Below are positions 56,901 through 64,000 of a stretch of DNA of 64,000 bases, piece by piece; positions within the stretch are counted from its first letter, which is position 1, and each line of letters opens with the position of its first letter. Where the stretch lies: positions 50,964,001 to 51,028,000 of the forward strand of contig OZ024743.1 of the NCBI GenBank assembly GCA_964016885.1, read 5' to 3'. Position numbers and translations under genes: made by a program. The stretch comes from Eledone cirrhosa (taxonomy: Eukaryota). The notes under the pieces were generated by a model. It was given only the letters and a program-made list of their open reading frames with translations. It made no database searches and was not told where the DNA came from.

Positions 56901-59900
56901 TTGGGGTGTCTGTGTTAGTGTTTGGGGTGGTTGTGGTAGTGTTTGGGGTGTCTGTGGTAGTGTTTGGGGTGGTTGTGGTAGTGTTTGGGGTGGTTGTGGT
57001 AGTGTTTGGGGTGGTTGTGGTACTGTTTGGGGTGTCTGTGGTAGTGTTTGGGGTGGTTGTGGTAGTGTTTGGGGTGGTTGTGCTAGTGTTTGGGGTGGTT
57101 GTGGTGTTTGGGATGGTTGTGGTTGTGGTAGTGTTTGGGGAGGTTGTGGTAGTGTTTGGGCTGTATGTGGTAGTGTTTGGGGTGTCTGGTGGTGTTTGGG
57201 GTGGTTGTGGTAGTGTTTGGGGTGGTTGTGGTAGTGTTTGAGGTGGTTGTGGTACTGTTTGGGGTGGTTGTGGTAGTGTTTGGGGTGGTTGTGGTAGTGT
57301 TTGGGGTTGTTGTGGTAGTGTTTGGGGTTGTTGTGGTAGTGTTTGGGGTGGTTGTGGTACTGTTTGGGGTGGTTGTGGTAGTATTTGGGACGGTTGTGGT
57401 AGTGTTTGGGGTGTCAGGTGGTGTTTGGGGTGTCTGTGGTAGAGTTTCGGGTGGTTGTGGTAGTGTTTGGGATGTTAGGTAGTGTTTGGGGTGTCTGTGG
57501 TAGAGTTTCGGGTGGTTGTGGTAGTGTTTACGGTGTCTGGGGTAGTGTTTGGGGTGGTTGTGGTAGTGTTTATGGTGGTTGTGGTAGTGTTTGAGGTGGT
57601 TGTGGTAGAGTTTGGGGTGTCTGTGGTAGTGTTTGGGGTGGTTGTTGTAGTGTTTGGGGTGGTTGTTGTAGTGTTTGGGGTGTCTGTGGTAGTGTTTGGG
57701 GGTGTCTGTGGTAGTGTTTGGGGTGTCTGTTGTGGTAGTGTTTGGGGTGTCTGTGGTAGTATTTGGGGTATATGTGGTAGTGTTTGGGGTGTCTGTGGTA
57801 GAGTTTGGGGTGTCTGTGTTAGTGTTTTGGGTGTCTGTGGTAGTGTTTGGGGTGTCTGTGGTAGTGTTTGGGGTGTCTGTGGTAGTGTTTGGGGTGGTTG
57901 TGGTAGAGTTTGGGGTGTCTGTGGTAGTGTTTGGGGTGGTTGTTGTAGTGTTTGGGGTGGTTGTTGTAGTGTTTGGGGTGGTTGTGGTAGTGTTTGGGGT
58001 GTCTGTGGTAGAGTTTGGGGTGTCTGTGGTAGTGTTTGGGGTGGTTGTTGTAGTGTTTGGTGTGGTTGTGGTAGTGTTTGTGGTGGTTGTGGTAGTATTT
58101 GGGGTGTCTGTAGTAGTGTTTGGGGTGGTTGTGGTAGTGTTAGGGGTGGTTGTGCTAGTGTTTGGGGTGGTTGTGGTAGTGTTAGGGGTGGTTGTGGTAC
58201 TGTTTGGGGTGGTTGTGGTAGTGTTTGGGGTGTCTCTGGTAGTGTTTGGGGTGTCTGTGGTAGTGTTTGGGGTGGTTGTGGTAGTATTTGGGGTGGTTGT
58301 GGTAGTGTTTGGGGTGTCTGTAGTAGTGTTTGGGGTGTCTGTGTTAGTGTTTGGGGTGGTTGTGGTAGTGTTTGGGGTGTCTGTGGTAGTGTTTGGGGTG
58401 GTTGTGGTAGTGTTTGGGGTGGTTGTGGTAGTGTTTGGGGTGGTTGTGGTACTGTTTGGGGTGTCTGTGGTAGTGTTTGGGGTGGTTGTGGTAGTATTTG
58501 GGGTGGTTGTGGTAGTGTTTGGGGTGGTTGTGGTAGTGTTTGGGGTGTCTGGTAGTGTTTGGGGTGGTTGTGGTAGTGTTTGGGGTGTCTGGTAGTGTTT
58601 GGGGTGTCTGGTAGTGTTTGGGATGTCTGTGGTAGAGTTTCGGGTGTCTGTGGTAGTGTTTGGGGTGTCTGTGGTAGTGTTTGGGGTGGTTGTGGTAGTG
58701 TTTACGGTGGTTCTGGTAGTGTTTGGGGTGGTTGTGGTAGTGTTTGGGGTGTCTGTGGTAGTGTTTGGGGTGTCTGTGGTGGTTGTGGTAGTGTTTGGGG
58801 TGGGTGTGGTAGTGTTTATGGTAGTTGTGGTAGTGTTTGGGGTGGTTGTGGTAGTGTTTGGGGTGTCTGTGGTAGTGTTTGGGGTGTCTGTGGTGGTTGT
58901 GGTAGTGTTTGGGGTGGGTGTGGTAGTGTTTATGGTGGGTGTGGTAGTGTTTGGGGTGTCTGTGGTAGTGTTTGGGGAGGTTGTGGTAGTGTTTGGGGTG
59001 GTTGTGGTAGTGTTTACGGTGTCTGGGGTAGTGTTTGGGGTGGTTGTGGTAGTGTTTATGGTGGTTGTGGTAGTGTTTGAGGTGGTTGTGGTAGAGTTTG
59101 GGGTGTCTGTGGTAGTGTTTGGGGTGGTTGTTGTAGTGTTTGGGGTGGTTGTTGTAGTGTTTGGGGTGTCTGTGGTAGTGTTTGGGGGTGTCTGTGGTAG
59201 TGTTTGGGGTGTCTGTTGTGGTAGTGTTTGGGGTGTCTGTGGTAGTATTTGGGGTAGTGTTTGGGGTGTCTGTGGTAGAGTTTGGGGTGTCTGTGTTAGT
59301 GTTTTGGGTGTCTGTGGTAGTGTTTGGGGTGTCTGTGGTAGTGTTTGGGGTGTCTGTGGTAGTGTTTGGGGTGGTTGTGGTAGAGTTTGGGGTGTCTGTG
59401 GTAGTGTTTGGGGTGGTTGTTGTAGTGTTTGGGGTGGTTGTTGTAGTGTTTGGGGTGGTTGTGGTAGTGTTTGGGGTGTCTGTGGTAGTGTTTGGGGTGG
59501 TTGTGGTAGAGTTTGGGGTGTCTGTGGTAGTGTTTGGGGTGGTTGTTGTAGTGTTTGGGGTGGTTGTGGTAGTGTTTGTGGTGGTTGTGGTAGTATTTGG
59601 GGTGTCTGTAGTAGTGCTTGGGGTGGTTGTGGTAGTGTTAGGGGTGGTTGTGCTAGTGTTTGGGGTGGTTGTGGTAGTGTTAGGGGTGGTTGTGGTACTG
59701 TTTGGGGTGGTTGTGGTAGTGTTTGGGGTGTCTCTGGTAGTGTTTGGGGTGTCTGTGGTAGTGTTTGGGGTGGTTGTGGTAGTATTTGGGGTGGTTGTGG
59801 TAGTGTTTGGGGTGTCTGTAGTAGTGTTTGGGGTGTCTGTGTTAGTGTTTGGGGTGGTTGTGGTAGTGTTTGGGGTGTCTGTGGTAGTGTTTGGGGTGGT

Positions 59901-62900
59901 TGTGGTAGTGTTTGGGGTGGTTGTGGTAGTGTTTGGGGTGGTTGTGGTACTGTTTGGGGTGTCTGTGGTAGTGTTTGGGGTGGTTGTGGTAGTATTTGGG
60001 GTGGTTGTGGTAGTGTTTGGGGTGGTTGTGCTAGTGTTTGGGGGTGGTTGTGGTGTTTGGGATGGTTGTGGTTGTGGTAGTGTTTGGGGAGGTTGTGGTA
60101 GTGTTTGGGCTGTATGTGGTAGTGTTTGGGGTGTCTGGTGGTGTTTGGGGTGGTTGTGGTAGTGTTTGGGGTGGTTGTGGTAGTGTTTGAGGTGGTTGTG
60201 GTACTGTTTGGGGTGGTTGTGGTAGTGTTTGGGGTGGTTGTGGTAGTGTTTGGGGTTGTTGTGGTAGTGTTTGGGGTTGTTGTGGTAGTGTTTGGGGTGG
60301 TTGTGGTACTGTTTGGGGTGGTTGTGGTAGTATTTGGGACGGTTGTGGTAGTGTTTGGGGTGTCAGGTGGTGTTTGGGGTGTCTGTGGTAGAGTTTCGGG
60401 TGGTTGTGGTAGTGTTTGGGATGTTAGGTAGTGTTTGGGGTGTCTGTGGTAGAGTTTCGGGTGGTTGTGGTAGTGTTTACGGTGTCTGGGGTAGTGTTTG
60501 GGGTGGTTGTGGTAGTGTTTATGGTGGTTGTGGTAGTGTTTGAGGTGGTTGTGGTAGAGTTTGGGGTGTCTGTGGTAGTGTTTGGGGTGGTTGTTGTAGT
60601 GTTTGGGGTGGTTGTTGTAGTGTTTGGGGTGTCTGTGGTAGTGTTTGGGGGTGTCTGTGGTAGTGTTTGGGGTGTCTGTTGTGGTAGTGTTTGGGGTGTC
60701 TGTGGTAGTATTTGGGGTATATGTGGTAGTGTTTGGGGTGTCTGTGGTAGAGTTTGGGGTGTCTGTGTTAGTGTTTTGGGTGTCTGTGGTAGTGTTTGGG
60801 GTGTCTGTGGTAGTGTTTGGGGTGTCTGTGGTAGTGTTTGGGGTGGTTGTGGTAGAGTTTGGGGTGTCTGTGGTAGTGTTTGGGGTGGTTGTTGTAGTGT
60901 TTGGGGTGGTTGTTGTAGTGTTTGGGGTGGTTGTGGTAGTGTTTGGGGTGTCTGTGGTAGTGTTTGGGGTGGTTGTGGTAGAGTTTGGGGTGTCTGTGGT
61001 AGTGTTTGGGGTGGTTGTTGTAGTGTTTGGGGTGGTTGTGGTAGTGTTTGTGGTGGTTGTGGTAGTATTTGGGGTGTCTGTAGTAGTGTTTGGGGTGGTT
61101 GTGGTAGTGTTAGGGGTGGTTGTGCTAGTGTTTGGGGTGGTTGTGGTAGTGTTAGGGGTGGTTGTGGTACTGTTTGGGGTGGTTGTGGTAGTGTTTGGGG
61201 TGTCTCTGGTAGTGTTTGGGGTGTCTGTGGTAGTGTTTGGGGTGGTTGTGGTAGTATTTGGGGTGGTTGTGGTAGTGTTTGGGGTGTCTGTAGTAGTGTT
61301 TGGGGTGTCTGTGTTAGTGTTTGGGGTGGTTGTGGTAGTGTTTGGGGTGTCTGTGGTAGTGTTTGGGGTGGTTGTGGTAGTGTTTGGGGTGGTTGTGGTA
61401 GTGTTTGGGGTGGTTGTGGTACTGTTTGGGGTGTCTGTGGTAGTGTTTGGGGTGGTTGTGGTAGTATTTGGGGTGGTTGTGGTAGTGTTTGGGGTGGTTG
61501 TGGTAGTGTTTGGGGTGTCTGGTAGTGTTTGGGGTGGTTGTGGTAGTGTTTGGGGTGTCTGGTAGTGTTTGGGGTGTCTGGTAGTGTTTGGGATGTCTGT
61601 GGTAGAGTTTCGGGTGTCTGTGGTAGTGTTTGGGGTGTCTGTGGTAGTGTTTGGGGTGGTTGTGGTAGTGTTTACGGTGGTTCTGGTAGTGTTTGGGGTG
61701 GTTGTGGTAGTGTTTGGGGTGTCTGTGGTAGTGTTTGGGGTGTCTGTGGTGGTTGTGGTAGTGTTTGGGGTGGGTGTGGTAGTGTTTATGGTGGTTGTGG
61801 TAGTGTTTGGGGTGGTTGTGGTAGTGTTTGGGGTGTCTGTGGTAGTGTTTGGGGTGTCTGTGGTGGTTGTGGTAGTGTTTGGGGTGGGTGTGGTAGTGTT
61901 TATGGTGGGTGTGGTAGTGTTTGGGGTGTCTGTGGTAGTGTTTGGGGAGGTTGTGGTAGTGTTTGGGGTGTTTGGGGTAGCTGAGGTAGTGTTTGGGGTG
62001 GTTGTGGTAGTATTTGGGGTGTCTGTGGTAGTGTTTGGGGTGTCTGTGGTAGTCTTTGGGGTGTCTGTGGTAGTGTTTGGGGTGTCTGTGGTCGTGTTTG
62101 GGGTGGTTGTGGTAGTGTTTGGTGTGGTAGTGGTAGTGTTTGGGGTGTCTGTGGTAGTGTTTAGGTTGGTTGTGGTAGAGTTTGGGGTGGTTGTGGTAGT
62201 GTTTGGGGTGGTAGTGGTAGTGTTTGGGGTGTCTGTGGTAGTGTTTAGGTTGGTTGTGGTAGAGTTTGGGGTGGTTGTGGTTGTTTACGGTGGTTGTGGT
62301 AGTGTTTGGGGTGGTTGTGGTTGTTTACGGTGGTTGTGGTAGTGTTTGGGGTGTCTGTAGTAGTGTTTGGGGTGTCTGTATTAGTGTTTGGGGTGGTTGT
62401 GGTAGTGTTTGGGGTGTCTGTGGTAGTGTTTGGGGTGGTTGTGGTAGTATTTGGGGTGTCTGTGGTAGTGTTTCGGGTGTCTGTGGTAGTGTTTGGGGTG
62501 GTTGTGGTAGTGTTTGGGGTGGTTGTGGTAGTGTTTGGGGTTGTTGTGGTAGTGTTTGGGGTGGTTGTGGTAGTGTTTGGGGTGTCTGTGGTAGTGTTTG
62601 GGGTGGTTGTGGTACTGTTTGGGGTGGTTGTGGTAGTGTTAGGTGTGGTTGTGCTAGTGTTTGGGGTGGTTGTGGTACTGTTTGGGGTGGTTGTAGTGTT
62701 TTGGATGGTTGTGGTTGTGGTAGTGTTTGGGGAGGTTGTGGTAGTGTTTGGGCTGTATGTGGTAGTGTTTGGGGTGTCTGTGGTAGTGTTTGGGGTGGTT
62801 GTGGTAGTGTTTGGGGTGGTTGTGGTACTGTTTGGGGTGGTTGTGGTAGTGTTTGGGGTTGTTGGGGTGGTTGTGGTAGTGTTTGTGGTGGTTGTGGTAC

Positions 62901-64000
62901 TGTTTGGGGTGGTTGTGGTAGTATTTGGGACGGTTGTGGTAGTGTTTGGGGTGTCAGGTGGTGTTTGGGGTGTCTGTGGTAGAGTTTCGGGTGGTTGTGG
63001 TAGTGTTTGGGATGTTAGGTAGTGTTTGGGGTGTCTGTGGTAGAGTTTCGGGTGGTTGTGGTAGTGTTTACGGTGTCTGTGGTAGTGTTTGGGGTGGTTG
63101 TAGTAGTGTTTATGGTGGTTGTGGTAGTGTTTATGGTGGTTGTGGTAGTGTTTGGGGTGGTTGTGGTAGTGTTTGGGGTGTCTGTGGTAGTGTTTGGGGT
63201 GTCTGGTGGTGTTTGGGGTGGTTGTGGTAGTGTTTGAGGTGGTTGTGGTACTGTTTGGGGTGGTTGTGGTAGTGTTTGGGGTGGTTGTGGTAGTGTTTGG
63301 GGTTGTTGTGGTAGTGTTTGGGGTTGTTGTGGTAGTGTTTGGGGTGGTTGTGGTACTGTTTGGGGTGGTTGTGGTAGTATTTGGGACGGTTGTGGTAGTG
63401 TTTGGGGTGTCAGGTGGTGTTTGGGGTGTCTGCGGTAGAGTTTCGGGTGGTTGTGGTAGTGTTTGGGATGTTAGGTAGTGTTTGGGGTGTCTGTGGTAGA
63501 GTTTCGGGTGGTTGTGGTAGTGTTTGGGGTGGTTGTGGTAGTGTTTACGGTGTCTGGGGTAGTGTTTGGGGTGGTTGTGGTAGTGTTTATGGTGGTTGTG
63601 GTAGTGTTTGAGGTGGTTGTGGTAGAGTTTGGGGTGTCTGTGGTAGTGTTTGGGGTGGTTGTTGTATTGTTTGGGGTGGTTGTTGTATTGTTTGGGGGTG
63701 TCTGTGGTAGTGTTTGGGGGTGTCTGTGGTAGTGTTTGGGGTGTCTGTGGTAGTATTTGGGGTATATGTGGTAGTGTTTGGGGTGTCTGTGGTAGAGTTT
63801 GGGGTGTCTGTGTTAGTGTTTTGGGTGTCTGTGGTAGTGTTTGGGGTGTCTGTGGTAGTGTTTGGGGTGTCTGTGGTAGTGTTTGGGGTGGTTGTGGTAG
63901 AGTTTGGGGTGTCTGTGGTAGTGTTTGGGGTGGTTGTTGTAGTGTTTGGGGTGGTTGTTGTAGTGTTTGGGGTGGTTGTGGTAGTGTTTGGGGTGTCTGT
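23922..64000. repeat. G/T-rich 21-bp satellite, >40 kb (~1,900 monomers), with higher-order repeats; continues past window end
   Basis: Consensus GTGTTTGGGGTG(TC/GT)TGTGGTA. Occasional units are shorter or longer (e.g. 9, 19, 20, 22 bp). Identical multi-kb blocks are visible as identical ORF translations at fixed offsets. Confidence 0.98.

Noticed and set aside
23933-63732. Dozens of Val/Gly-rich (VVVFGVS)n and (GSVWGVC)n ORFs
   Set aside because: These are translations of the 21-bp G/T satellite, overlapping in two frames, with alternative starts and recurrent frameshifts.

Overview
Eukaryotic, gene-free, repeat-saturated window. The repeat families match my recollection of octopus/cephalopod repeats; this is not database-verified. 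No convincing host protein-coding gene was found. Positions 1-23.9 kb are a nest of decayed mobile elements: several tRNA-derived SINE families, RTE-clade and L1/Tx1-clade LINE fragments (several with clear target-site duplications), an internally deleted Tc1/mariner, two long fold-back inverted repeats, and Penelope-type minimal hammerhead ribozyme motifs next to microsatellites. The 2072-aa and 1583-aa ORFs are artefacts of a ~5.9-kb array of a 51-bp unit. That unit is a 17-codon piece of an RTE reverse-transcriptase ORF, amplified ~116 times inside the dead element. A 25-bp array likewise arose inside a SINE. From 23,922 to the window end (>40 kb, ~1,900 monomers) is a strand-asymmetric G/T-rich 21-bp satellite. 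It starts abruptly inside an L1/Tx1 ORF2, carries telomere-like TTTAGGG/TTTGGGG cores, shows a proximal-to-distal variant gradient, and has variable 1.4-7.9-kb higher-order repeats. I see no evidence for a new protein-based system. The best leads are retroelement-born tandem arrays, the telomere-like satellite and the hammerhead motifs.
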